Of a stretch of DNA of 64,000 nt, positions 37,901 to 51,484 are shown in pieces. The notes beneath the pieces were generated by a model, which saw only the letters and a program-made list of their open reading frames with translations, searched no databases and was not told the DNA's origin. This stretch comes from Octopus bimaculoides. Taxonomy: Eukaryota. The first letter of the stretch is position 1. Each line of letters opens with the position of its first letter. Made by a program: the position numbers and the translations under genes. The stretch spans positions 11,165,180-11,229,179 of the forward strand of contig NC_068988.1 of the NCBI RefSeq assembly GCF_001194135.2, written 5' to 3'.

Positions 37901-37963
37901 CGGTATTTTCCATTTCATCGATACTCTGACATGCTTTTTAATCGCTCATTCAGTTTTACTCAC

Positions 37964-38015
37964 CTACCATTAACTTGGCTGACGCATAATGTGTCACTCT
38001 CTGGGGTAAGACATT
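37964..38015 (-). other. Candidate 52-nt spliced exon of an unidentified transcript
   Basis: Minus strand CTACTGCTTTCCGTGCTTTCTCACAG | 52 nt | GTGAGTAA; two open frames (NVLPQRVTHYASAKLMV, CLTPESDTLCVSQVNG); no homology recognised. Confidence 0.3.
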
Positions 38016-38268
38016 CTGTGAGAAAGCACGGAAAGCAGTAGCCTTTGAGAAACTACTACTAACATTGGCAGATACCAAATCCGTTAAATAATGCAAATGA
38101 CAGTTATAATGTGCGAGACTTAAGTTCGTAGGAAATTCAGGAAATCAGGTTTCAGATAAATTCCTTCAACGATGGTAAAATCTTTTTTGTGATCTGCCAA
38201 ATTACTCATCGTGTGTTCACACAGTATATCTGGGGCTCTTTAGCAAGTTTTAGTAAAACATTTTTTTG

Positions 38269-38654
38269 ATAAAGTAGTTGTATACTGTCAACTTAAAGTG
38301 ACAGTCCCAATAAGGGAATCATACTACAGCTATTTAGCCCTACGAAGCTGCACCTCTTCTTGTCGGCCTTAACGCATTTCCTGTGTCCTTATCTTTACGA
38401 GGGGGAGACAAGCTTGTCTAGGAAGCTGGACCGCTTCCTGTGTCCTTATGTTTACGAGAGGAAGACAAGTTTGTCTTCCTGTAGCCTCATGTTTACGAGA
38501 GGGATACAAACTTGTCTCCCCCTGGTAAACATAAGAACACATGAAATGCGTCAAGGTCGACAGGATGCGGTGCAGCTTCCTAGGGCTAAATAGTGGTAGT
38601 ATGATTCCCTTATTGGGACTGTCACATTAAGTTGACAGCATACAACTACTTTAT
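38269..38654. mobile_element. Foldback/MITE element with about 150-bp inverted arms and internal subrepeats
   Basis: 38269-38418 pairs with the reverse complement of about 38505-38654; TA at both ends; three direct subunits starting at 38378, 38435 and 38476. Confidence 0.9.
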
Positions 38655-39067
38655 TGTATCACTAATGCTTAAGTCTCACTAAGAGAATTAGAAATGTATC
38701 ATTTCTAACTTATTTGATAATACATTAAATGTTCTTTAATTAAGAATTACTTTGCGCAAACTTAAAAATGGAAAAGCTTTCGGCATTTATGGCATTCAAT
38801 AAGAAACCCTCAAATTGTGGGAAAATAAAATATAGTGCAAATCTTCTACTCAATCTTATTTAAAAGGTAAGAGGGAAATGAAAGAGTTACTCTGAATAGA
38901 AGAAAGAAGATGCGTTGCTGAATGAGTTGTAAAAGCTAAAATGTGAAATCATATACACTAAGTCTGTCCTCAATGTTGTACGAAGAATATTGAGCAGAAC
39001 AATTTTTAATTATTATTTGGCTTATTCCACATATTACGATATACCTTCATTTAGAGCCTTTATTAAG

Positions 39068-39234
39068 TTTTCTGACTGCTCGAAGAACCAATGATATGTT
39101 CCGCTCGTTAAATTCAAGAGGACTTCAATGACCAAAGACGCTATCTCTATCATTGCTTCATTGACCTCACCAAGGTGTTTAATTCAATGAATCATGATGC
39201 CTTATGGGTAATAGTGAGAGGGGTTGGCATTCTT
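39068..39234 (+). mobile_element. RTE-clade LINE reverse-transcriptase fragment
   Basis: FLTARRTNDMF / AR*IQEDFNDQRRYLYHCFIDLTKVFNSMNHDALWVIVRGVGI matches GFR..RST.DMIF.ARQ+QEK..EQ...LY.CFIDLTKAFDSV...LW.+L...G. Confidence 0.82.
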
Positions 39235-39527
39235 GTTAAATGTACAGATGGCATCTCTATTCACTGTATTAAGTGAGTGTTTATGGAAATTGCAAAAGTA
39301 TACATACATCAATTTTTAATTTGCGGTGGTTTAAAACAAAGTGAGGTAACTACTGCTTCTTTATTTGCAAAATATTTACAATAAATTTTCAATTGTTTGA
39401 AAAAGAACACGACAAATGATATTTATACACGTTAAGGTCTGAAACAACAGCACTCATCTTTCAGCTGGCTTCTACAATATTTTGTATATAGATACAGACA
39501 CATATAGGCAGACATACATACATGCAG

Positions 39528-39549
39528 ACAGATAGACAGACAGACAGAC

Positions 39550-39606
<57 letters not shown>
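39528..39606. repeat. (GACA)n/(GATA)n tetranucleotide repeat
   Basis: Directly visible. Confidence 0.95.
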
Positions 39607-39607
<1 letters not shown>

Positions 39608-41497
39608 ATCTCTATGTGTCTTTCTGTACACGAACACACACATACTGCTTTTGTGTACTCGTGTATATTTATGTGTTAACAAAGAAAAGAAAATTTCACC
39701 TCAAATGTAGTTACTCCTGTCCAATGCTTGTTGAGAATAAATTATCCTCTAATGATCTACTATAAAACGATTCGATTCTAAGTTACACCAAAGGCAGTAG
39801 TCTAACATTAAGCAGATATTTATAATTTCAAACACGCAAGTAAGCTTTTTCAAAATCTATACGAACTGATCATGAATGGTGGCTTTCTCAGAATGAATAA
39901 TACATAGAATTCGTAGATAGTATTCTACGTATGAGTGGTAATTGGTTTGAAAAAGAGTGCTTTCTTAAAAGTATTCTGTATTTCTCACAATACCTGAAGA
40001 CTACTTGTTCCACTATATCCTGGTTTGAAGTCTCAAAGTTATTTGACTTCCTTTGAATTACTTACGAAGAAAGTATTGTTTTCCAATCGTTAAGAAAAAT
40101 CATCTAAACCAATCTAATAACGAAATTGCATATGAAAGAAAAGCGAATCAACTAGATTCAAAATGGAATAGATTAGCATTGATTTTAAATGGCTTCATCA
40201 TAAATTTTAAATAAATCAATAAAGGAAAATAGAACCAAATATATAAATATAAATTTCGTAAAGAAATCAAATTTCTTCTCTTTTTTTTTTATGTATAAAA
40301 TTAAGTAAGCGAGCTAAAATATTCGGAATGAATCCCACAGGAAGAATTTATCGAGTGAGAAATAAAGAATTTGTGTTATATTTTTCTGAAGGTTACCGAC
40401 CAGAAATTAAGTAGAAAAAGACAAAAACGATGAGAAATAAATAAAAGAAGCTGGAGCTATTGTTTAACTGAAAACAGCCAATAAGAAAGAAGAGATGTGG
40501 TTTGATTCTGCAATTCTTTTCACTGTAATTCAAATTGAATTTTCAGATAAGAATTCTTAGTGCCATGTATTATTGATCAGTCTTTCCTATCAGCTATTTA
40601 AAACACAAATCCCGGATGACAACAATTTATAAATGAAAGACGAGAAAAGAAATTGAAAGAAATATTTCTTATTTCATTAGAATGGAGAATCTATTAGGGT
40701 AAATAATACTTCAGAATCAATAAATGTGGTTTTAGGAGTACAACTATAACAGAATAGATATTTTTCACAGCAATATATATGATAAATGGCTACTGACTAG
40801 TCTATTATGGCATATGAGACGTAAAGCGGTTAGGATATATATTTTTTAATGTCTGCATCTTGGGGCTTTGAACAGAGAAACTCCAACCTCTCTATTAATT
40901 ATTCACATATTTATAAACGTAATTTATTTTGTAACAAACGTTAGTCGCCGCAATTATATTTTACTCTCTGTTCCAATTATTTTCTGAGTAGCCATTGTTA
41001 ACTGGCGACGACCAAAAAGCCATGGCATTCGATACTCGAAGGACTAATATACTATTTGTTTTCATTCAATAATCTAATTAACTTAATTCGAGAATATATG
41101 GATTTTGCGAATGTAATTTGCTGCGAAAAATTTCACGGTCTTATATTTAGTGGGTAGAAGCCAATTTTGCATAATATTCGAGCGAGTTATTACTGTATCC
41201 TGGCAAGTAATTTGGAAATTTAGAGAATCTATGCAAATTATTTGTCATTTTCATATTTTAATGGCAATCATCGTGTTAATCAGATGGCTTGAAAACAAGT
41301 GCTACACACACACACACGTATATACATGCATATATGTGTGTGTGTCTTTCTGATTCTCTCTCCCACCTCTCTCTGTATGTACATACATATATATGTGTGT
41401 GTGTACTTTACACACACTCATATAGATATATATATATATATATATATACATACATACATAAATACAAATACACACACATATATATGTATGCATATGC

Positions 41498-41507
41498 NNN
41501 NNNNNNN
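41498..41507. other. 10-N assembly gap with an identical 47-bp sequence on both sides
   Basis: 41451-41497 equals 41508-41554; probably an unmerged contig overlap. Confidence 0.9.
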
Positions 41508-41696
41508 TACATACATAAATACAAATACACACACATATATATGTATGCATATGCAGACAGAGGCTGTGTCAGAAACACATATAGACAGACAGAGAAAGAG
41601 AGGGAGAGGAAGAGAGAAAGACCAGTAGATAGATAGACAGGAAGACAGACATACAGACGGAAAGACAGACAGCCATGCATATAGATACATACATAA

Positions 41697-41731
<35 letters not shown>

Positions 41732-42591
41732 TTCGTTCCATCTTTTCCTATAGAGAGTAACAAGAAATGTTACAATTCTTGTCTTTCGTGTTCGGGTCAG
41801 TTAATGTTCCGATAAATAATTCGAAATGCTGGGAGATAACGCAATTCGCTTTTACATTATTGAACTTTGCGAAGATCATTCGCACACACACAAACACATA
41901 TACGCACAAAATATAAGAACACATTGTGTCGATATGTATTTGTCTTCATATTTATCCACCTCTACAATACTAGAAAATATACTGAATCTATGCACGCTCT
42001 ACTTCAGCTATATTAACTGACAATACTATAGCAGTTCCCATCAAATACGGAGACACCCGTTTACATCCATCTATCCATTATCTCTGCACAATATTCCTGG
42101 AAGTATCATAGGCGTAGATTCTTTAGTCACATTCTCCATAGGCCCAGACAAAAGCAACCAGCTTCTGTTGGTCTGTTTACGGCACCATGGGGTACAAAAT
42201 GGTTAAACGGGAGCTAAAGAATAAGCATTGCTCTTCAAATATATAAGTCAGAAGTTCGATGTCCTCGATTAAGCAGTTCTATACATATATGCATATATAG
42301 AGATCGAGACGTACATACGTATGTACGTACCTATAAACACACACGCATACAAATATACATATATGCATGCGTGAGTGGGTGGTCGCGCGAGCGCGCGTGT
42401 GTATATGTAAACAACTGCTTGTGTTTATATAGAAGAGAACCTTACTCTATGGAATAAATATTTTTACTTTACTAATATTTTGATACTATACACGAGTTTG
42501 TTAATATTTTCTTTTATTCCCCAATCATTCCATACGATTCTTCAATATCATTACTAAATGATAAAGTTTGTACGCAGTTGGAAACTATTTT

Positions 42592-42635
<44 letters not shown>

Positions 42636-42949
42636 CAGACACACACACACACACACAAACAAAACGCCATTTATTTTAAATATGAATATGGATTTGAAAA
42701 GAAAGTTGCCGAAAACTTTAAACAGAGAGAAAAATATTATGTTTCCAAAAAATATTATTTCTGGTGATCAACCACGAACAAAATGAAACGAAAATTCACA
42801 CCAAAATATTATCATGGGACTTGGGAATAACAAAAATAATTCCAAAATATTTATTGTTATTTTCGTTTGCATGATTTTTTGTTATTTTCTTATTATTTTC
42901 ACCAATATAAGAAAGTATTTGTCGTTACTATTAGCATTATTATCATTAA

Positions 42950-43250
<301 letters not shown>

Positions 43251-44227
43251 TCATCCTCATCTCACTGGTTATTATAACTATTAGTAGTAGTTTTGTTGTA
43301 ACAGTAGTATTATTCTCATTACTGTTATAACTATCGCTTTCGTTATTATTAAAATATAGTGTTCATTGTAGTGTACAAAACAACATAGCAACAACAACAA
43401 CGACAGCAACAACAACATCAACAACAAAAAGTGTATCTCTGATGGAGAATAAATGTTTGAAAAGATTTATATTCAATTCAGTAAAGAAAGACGAAACATT
43501 TTTTTTTATATCATTGTTTCTGTGTGTTTGTTTGTTTTTTATTTTGATGATATTTTTTTCTTCCTTCTTTTTGTATTTTATCACTTTCCGCCACATTTAC
43601 AACGCATTAGGATATACATATGGAAAGTTTCATAAAGAGAAATTTTGAAAACTTTTCTTATACAACAGTGATGGTGCCGTCTTCATGAATTGCATGGTTC
43701 AGTACAGTCCGTGCTTGAATGAAACTTCATTAGGCTTATAGCGATGAGGAATAATTCTTCACGAAGATAAGTTTCCGCATATTGTAAATTCTTTGTGTGG
43801 TATGAATTTCAATAAACTATCTGTTAACTGTCGCGCATCAATTTATACCATATTTATGATTTCTAATTCTTCTGGCAAGTTAATGAAACATTAAATATCT
43901 TGCAGGTCTGTAGATCTGTAGATTCTTGCGCCAAGATCCTTGCACATGGGCCAGACGGGAGTGTCTTTTTTAATACTAAAATTTCTAGAAGTATTAGGAA
44001 TAACTAACACAAAGCAAACATTTGCATTACAAAGAAGGAGAGGTGGATAGAATAGCGTACCTTAATAGATTATTCGGGAGAAAAGTAAGCTACGAGACAA
44101 ATGTCAGAACCACGTTTGACTTTATTCGGGTTCAGTGGTTCTTAAACCAAGACTATTTGGCCTCTGGGGCTCCATGTAAGGTTTTATTGTTAAAATATTT
44201 TATGCAATAAATTTCTTAGGTATGTTT

Positions 44228-44372
44228 GTGTGGTAAGAAGCGTGCTTCCCAAACACGTGTTTCTGGTTTCAGTCCCACTGCATGGCACCTTCGACAAGTG
44301 TTTTATACAATAGCCTCGGGCGGACCAAAGCTTTGTGAGTTGATTTGGTTGACGGAAACTGAAAGAAGCACG

Positions 44373-44439
<67 letters not shown>

Positions 44440-44669
44440 GAGACATGTATATGTATATGTTTGTGTGTCTGTGTTTGTCCCCCAACCATTGCTTGACAAC
44501 CGATGTTGGTGAGTTTATGTCCCCGTAACTTAGCTAGTCGACAAAAGAGATCGATAGAATAAATAATAGGCTTACAAAGAATTAGTTATGGGGTTGATTT
44601 CTTCGACTAAAAGGCAGTGCTTCAGCATGGCCGCAGTCAAATGACTGAAACATATGAAAGAATAAAAGA
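44228..44669 (+). mobile_element. tRNA-derived SINE family A, near full length, with an internal (TA)n/(TG)n tract
   Basis: Head GTGTGGTAAGAAGC..GCTTCCC...TTCAGTCCCACTG, CORE-like CCTTCGACAAGTG, internal (TA)n at 44377-44431, and 3' half ending GCCGCAGTCAAATGACTGAAAC...AATAAAAGA. Consistent with the tRNA-derived octopus SINEs (OK/OR1/OR2 class); exact family not assigned. Confidence 0.85.
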
Positions 44670-44815
44670 CTACTTCTACAACAGAAAGAACTCAGGGCTA
44701 AAAGCATTGTACTTATCGTCTGTATTCATATGAAGGCTCTGTCTTGCCAAAGTCGGAATTTATCCTTGAAGGACTGATTTAATTTTCCGGCAAAGCATCT
44801 ACGCGATAGATATCA

Positions 44816-44817
44816 AT

Positions 44818-44884
<67 letters not shown>
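44816..44884. repeat. (GTA)n microsatellite
   Basis: Directly visible. Confidence 0.97.
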
Positions 44885-44885
<1 letters not shown>

Positions 44886-45361
44886 TCCATGTAATAAATG
44901 ATGAAGTTTCACTTGGTTACACCTAGTTTGTTTTTCTACAGCTCGGCAGTCTTAACTGTTTCCAGTACACCAAGACACGCATTTCATATAAGCAAATAAC
45001 AATCGACCGTACGGCATGGCAAGTCTAAAGGCAAAACGCATCTGTCAATCTCGTGATTCACTTCAACGACCATGTTCGTCTTGTCCCCATTTATAGCTAT
45101 TTAACAGAACAACTGAATGAATAGATATTATATCAGAGAATTCCACAGCATCGTGCCTTCAAACAGCGTGTATACATTTTGTTTTATTATTCTAGGTTTT
45201 TTCCCATAAAATACCAATCAGATTATTTTCATTGAATATACAGCTTAAAAAAAAACATTTGGGTTGGTGTGCTGCCTTTCTATGAAATCAATATAAAAAG
45301 TTATTAATTTATGATTGATTTGAAGGATCGGTGAGTAAATATTTAATTGCATTGATAACCA

Positions 45362-45515
45362 TTCTGATTTCAGCTAACACCAAGGGCAAGTCAACCTTTT
45401 AGATGACACGAATCGACAATCGGAAAAGTCAGGCAAGAATTAAAGTTGATTATATCGACTGATCCCACCGTCTACAAATCCGCTAACCACGTGCTACTAA
45501 TCTTCCAAACCAGTC
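45362..45515 (+). repeat. Diverged repeat, copy 1 of about 150 bp (copy 2 at 46288-46441)
   Basis: Shared exact CTAACACCAAGGGCAA plus colinear AATCGA, CAAGAA, GATTA.AT, ACAAATCC and AATCTTC; weak SINE-B-like tail. Confidence 0.7.
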
Positions 45516-45683
45516 TCGTTTAATACTGATCCATTCATAGCTCATCTGAGAAAATGCAGTACGCTCAATTTCGAAACATGTTATGTTTCTTACAAATTAA
45601 TCTGTCTCAACACAGATCAGCACTAAATCAAAGGTTCTGTTTGAAACGCAAAAATTGCTCCGTCGACGTGCTACGAAGCTGTG

Positions 45684-45726
<43 letters not shown>

Positions 45727-46000
45727 NNNNNNNNNNNNNNNNNNNNNNNNNNNNNNNNNNNNNNNNNNNNNNNNNNNNNNNNNNNNNNNNNNNNNNNNNN
45801 NNNNNNNNNNNNNNNNNNNNNNNNNNNNNNNNNNNNNNNNNNNNNNNNNNNNNNNNNNNNNNNNNNNNNNNNNNNNNNNNNNNNNNNNNNNNNNNNNNNN
45901 NNNNNNNNNNNNNNNNNNNNNNNNNNNNNNNNNNNNNNNNNNNNNNNNNNNNNNNNNNNNNNNNNNNNNNNNNNNNNNNNNNNNNNNNNNNNNNNNNNNN
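45727..46000. other. Assembly gap (274 N)
   Basis: Run of N after (TA)n. Confidence 1.
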
Positions 46001-46287
46001 TATAGGAGACTACAAAGGCACTTGATCATAAGAAGACGATGCAGATGCGTGCGTGCTGTACACCAGGAAAATTTACAGACATTCCAAAAAGTTCAGTGCA
46101 CGAGCTTGGTGTCAATGAACCTATACCTTGTTCCATTTGCAAAATGCGTGAGGACGATTCATTTATCAATATTCTTATATTTGTGAACCAAACATCCGTG
46201 CTAAACTAGGACAGATGCATTAAACTAGAAGTTGTGGAATAAATGAGAATTATCGGAAGAGGAATATTTAGTCACGTCTTTAAACTT

Positions 46288-46441
46288 TCTGAATGCAACT
46301 AACACCAAGGGCAATTGTGCATTTCAAGCGACTCTAATCGATTATCTACAGTACCAGTCAAGAACTGGAGTCGATTACATTTGACTGGCATCCGCGGTCA
46401 CAAATCCTATAGCATTATCCTACCAATCTTCAAAATTCAGT
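46288..46441 (+). repeat. Diverged repeat, copy 2 (copy 1 at 45362-45515)
   Basis: See copy 1. Confidence 0.7.
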
Positions 46442-46824
46442 AGAGTAAATTAAAGAAAGCGAACAGAGAAAGAAAAAAATAAGTGAAAATATAAAATGCT
46501 TCCAAGTTAAAACATCTTAAAAACTAAACTAGGAAACAAAAAACAAGAAAGTGAGGCAATATATAATTTATCGTTTTTGTTGTTTTCTGTGGATTTTTGT
46601 TTTTCATGTGTTGGTCTGTTTCTCTTTTTATTTTATTTTTTTCTCTTAGTTTGCAAAAAAATATAAAGCAAAAACAAATTTGTGAAATATTGCGATACAG
46701 TCGCTTGGTCAACACAAGCACCATGGAAACAACGGCTGATTTATCTTCAAAGTCATCAAAGGCAAAAGCGAAACTGTTTATATGTTTATAGATGAATACT
46801 TTATGACTTTGTATCAGAAAGTTT

Positions 46825-47127
46825 CAGTGATATATATATATGTACGGATGAATGTATGTATACATATATATATACATATATGTATATATGTATATGTATA
46901 TATATGTATACATATATATACATGGGTATACGTCTATGAGTGTGTGAATATGTATTTGCATGTATATGAATGTATATCTCTCTCTGTGTATATATATATA
47001 TGTGTGTGTGTTTATGAGTACGTGTGTATGCATGTATGTGTATGTATAAATGTATACGTATATATGTATATATATTCATATTTATTACGCATATATGCCT
47101 GTATGTATTAGCGTATTTACGCGTGCT

Positions 47128-47170
<43 letters not shown>

Positions 47171-47180
47171 NNNNNNNNNN

Positions 47181-47221
<41 letters not shown>

Positions 47222-47645
47222 GTGCATATAGACATACATAAATATATGCATACTTATACAACATATAGAAATATATGTACACCTACAGACATACATTCAC
47301 ACTCATAAAACTATTCTTGTAATATACGTGTGTGCGGATTGTGGAGAGAAACGTATGCGTATGTATATATGTATGTTGTATTTATGTATGTCTACTTGTA
47401 CGTAAATGTAGATGTCTAGGCGTATAGCGGTTGTGTCTGTCTGCTTTCGTATTATAGACTGAGTTGTTTACGCAAAATCACTAACTTCGAGACGAGGTCC
47501 ATGTCTGAGTGTACCTGTGTATGTGTGTTTCTAAATATGCGTGTGTACGTGTGTACGCATTGAGGTATATATACGTTTTTATGTATATATATATGTATTC
47601 ATTAATATATATGTATGTATACGTATATATAAATAAAATTATCTA

Positions 47646-47700
<55 letters not shown>

Positions 47701-47780
47701 GTTAGTATACACACACACGTGTATATATACACATATATGCATATTTATGTATATGTATATACGTGTAAATACGTATATAT
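46825..47780. repeat. Extended (TA)n/(TG)n/(CA)n low-complexity field, including a 10-N gap at 47171-47180
   Basis: Directly visible. Confidence 0.9.
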
Positions 47781-50580
47781 ACATACATATACACGATTTG
47801 TCGACATCTTAGAACTAACGTACCTCATGGAAACAAAAGCTTTTAAGAAAAAAACTTCAGGAAAGAAAGAAGTGTATGTTAATGCAATTGTTATATATTT
47901 GCAACAAATATTACGAACACGTCGTTAGTGAAATGACTATCACAATTTTACTAATAGAAATATTGTAACTTTAAGACATTTTTTAACGTTATGTCACGAT
48001 ATATTTGCTTACAGCAGTAGTCCTACATGACGTATACTTGTCTATATGTCATGAGTGGTGGAAGAGAAAGCAGGAAAAGCGATATAATTATTTCAAAGTT
48101 GATATAACGAGAAAAGAAAAGTTCACCAACTGAAGACCTTGACTATTAAATATCTTTATGCAGTTTTCTGCACGCATCAATGTTTTCTTGTTCATCAACA
48201 AGTTCATAAGTGCAGAATATAGGTAATATATACTTGTGATGCCAGGAAATCAATTTAAAATAGAAACAGCAAAATAACAACAGCGAAAAACTATGAAGTA
48301 AATATAGTTTCGCAGGTTATGTATTGGGAAGAAGGAAAATATGACGCTTCCGCCACGGGTCATTCGCCGGGAAAGAAAAAGTAATAAGAAATATATTTTT
48401 GAGTAAAAGTACGAGAGGAGCGATTTTTATTGAATGATAAACCGTACTATGCGATAGACGGGAAACGGTAAAGGAAAGAATGATTTATACTGTTATAACA
48501 ACATTCTGGACATTAATATAAGCGGTATAATTGCGACGAGCGTGGGAGGGAAAATGAATCTTCAGTAAAATAGGTAATGTAGAAGTATGTGTATGAAAAT
48601 CATGTGAGATAAGATTATGTACGTGATAGTTATTTGCGTAAATGTGTTTATGTACGCGTATAAGTTAATGTATGTACATGGTTGCGTGCGGACATAGGAA
48701 TGATGAACTACGATAGGTATTGTTCGGAAAGGGCGTCAAAAGCATTGATGTAAGTCAATATAAAAGAGAGAGGTATGTAGTAATGTAATAGATGTAAAAT
48801 ATGTGGGAGATATGTTGAAACATTCATTAATTTAAAAGGAGAGAGAGGCGTCACCGAGATTATGTGTGAATGAAATTATTATGCGTTTGCGTAACGGCGT
48901 ACGTGTTGAACCGATGTGGAGGCAGCGAGTAGTGTATTATTACTTGCATAAAATAGGCATAGGTTATGGGATGCATGCGGAGGTCTTTCGTGTAGAAAAG
49001 CGGTCGCAACATATAGCCCGCGTGTGATGAATGCCCATGTCTCATTCTTAAACTAGTAGTGTGATTGCCTTCAATGTTGTGATCGGACGTAGTAGTTTAC
49101 GTTCCCATATACTTATACTCTTAAGAGGTTCTGATGTGGACTTTGAAAGATCATAAACTCTCAGTTATGTTCTCGTTATTTTTACCTTGGGACAAAACTT
49201 TGTGTGATATTCAAGTTTAAAATTAAACTCGATCAAAAGCTAAGATATCACAAATAAGATTATAAATGTGAAAACAGAAGTAACCAGGACAGAATCCCGT
49301 CTTGCGCCGTAGTTAATATTTCTGGATTTCGCAATTAATACCATATCGTCAGGTGAAAATGATGGAGATTAAGGACCCGGTATCTTTCGCATTTCCTCCT
49401 GAAATATAGAACTGTAAATTAAAATGGAAACTAGGTTTTTTTCCCTCCACATTACATTTGTTTCAAATATATTTTAATTTATATTGTATTATCTTATGAA
49501 CACTTTCAGATTTATCATTATTTTACTTTATACTTTAGGCAGCAAGTTATATTCGTACCGTTGACGTCGTTGTGAAACACATAATTTTAGAAATTTATTG
49601 AGTTATGTTAGGCAATTAACTATAATATGTAATTACATAAATTCGCATAATTGCAAGAAAATTAAAATCTACCAATATTGTGTGAGTAAAAACTGTCGCC
49701 CTCATAAACATGAAAGAATTATAAATTAAAATTATATTTTTTTTATTATCCGTGTTTTGCACAAATTATTTACTTGTTTCACACAGCCGCAGTTAATTTC
49801 AGTGATATATATATCCCTGTGATTGATGACAGATGTTTCGGTAACCTTACGCATTCCTTATTCACTCACGTTTCGCCACATTTCTATGTCTCGATAAATT
49901 TCATATATTTTAAATTACTCAAGACATGACTAAAGTCATGAGGATTAAAAAGAATTTAACTGGATGCAACAGAAAATTGTGTAGTCGAAAAACGATAGGC
50001 TAGTGAAGTTGTATAAACTAACAGCTATTCACTGCATGATTCAAAATAAACTTTTTCGTAAATGTATCTGCAATAAATGTTTATTTATTGAAGAATCCTA
50101 CGACAGATTTCAAGATACTTACATCGATAAAAATTACACTTGGATATGAATTACTACACTGTATAGTTCAAGAATAACTTGAATAAATTAAACTCTTTTT
50201 AACAACGTAAAGTAATGTCTGCAGTCGTTTGAACACATCATGAAACGGAAGCTTAGAAAATCACGTTAATCTACCAAATTAAATAAATGTTCAATTTTAT
50301 GCTAAATTTGAACATTTTTTTTTATTACTCACAGCCGAAAAATGTATTTCATGTGATTAATCAGCATTGATGTTTTATTTGCATATACAATTAACCAAAA
50401 ATTCTATTTAGATCTTATGCTAAAGCCGTTGGTGCTTCCGAAGTTATATATTAAACCGAATTATGTAAATTATCTACTTGGCAATTAACTGTGATGGACT
50501 GTATATAAATAGTTTAGACTGGTTTAACAGACAATTTATATTGTATATTTATTCTTTCCATTTCCTAAATACATACACAC

Positions 50581-50622
<42 letters not shown>

Positions 50623-51053
50623 GCATATTTATATACACGCATACATAAAATCGTACATATACAAAGAGATACAAGCATATATGCGTTCAGAAAGTAAGAA
50701 ACGCATTAGTATGTACATTGCCATCCAAGCACGAAATACATAAAAGCATATATATATATGTATATATCTATAAGCTTATGCACACACACAGACACCCACA
50801 CACATAAACTCACGCACGCGTGCAACCCCCGATGCATACACACGCGTGCGGATACACATACATATGTATATTGTATATTTATATTTTCATTATTGATCTA
50901 TAGACTGCCAATTATACGTTTTCAATTCTCTCACCATCATTTATTCATCTTACAGGCATTTATAGAGACAGCTTCGCACTCATTGGAGCTGTGTTGTACG
51001 TTGTCCTTGTATATTGATTAAGTCCATGCACTCTGAACCAGAGACACTCGACT

Positions 51054-51088
<35 letters not shown>

Positions 51089-51134
51089 CACACACACACA
51101 CACTTACACACACACACACACACACACACATATA

Positions 51135-51484
51135 NNNNNNNNNNNNNNNNNNNNNNNNNNNNNNNNNNNNNNNNNNNNNNNNNNNNNNNNNNNNNNNNNN
51201 NNNNNNNNNNNNNNNNNNNNNNNNNNNNNNNNNNNNNNNNNNNNNNNNNNNNNNNNNNNNNNNNNNNNNNNNNNNNNNNNNNNNNNNNNNNNNNNNNNNN
51301 NNNNNNNNNNNNNNNNNNNNNNNNNNNNNNNNNNNNNNNNNNNNNNNNNNNNNNNNNNNNNNNNNNNNNNNNNNNNNNNNNNNNNNNNNNNNNNNNNNNN
51401 NNNNNNNNNNNNNNNNNNNNNNNNNNNNNNNNNNNNNNNNNNNNNNNNNNNNNNNNNNNNNNNNNNNNNNNNNNNNNNNNNNNN
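51135..51484. other. Assembly gap (350 N)
   Basis: Run of N. Confidence 1.

Noticed and set aside
41451-41554. Exact 47-bp direct repeat
   Set aside because: It brackets a 10-N gap; most likely an unmerged contig overlap
43660-43850. Minus-strand FIPHKEFTICGN resembling RTE APE IPKH..+I.GD
   Set aside because: Single weak motif
48250-49050. Purine-rich stretch with KYVGDML, possibly an RTE thumb region
   Set aside because: Too decayed to support a call
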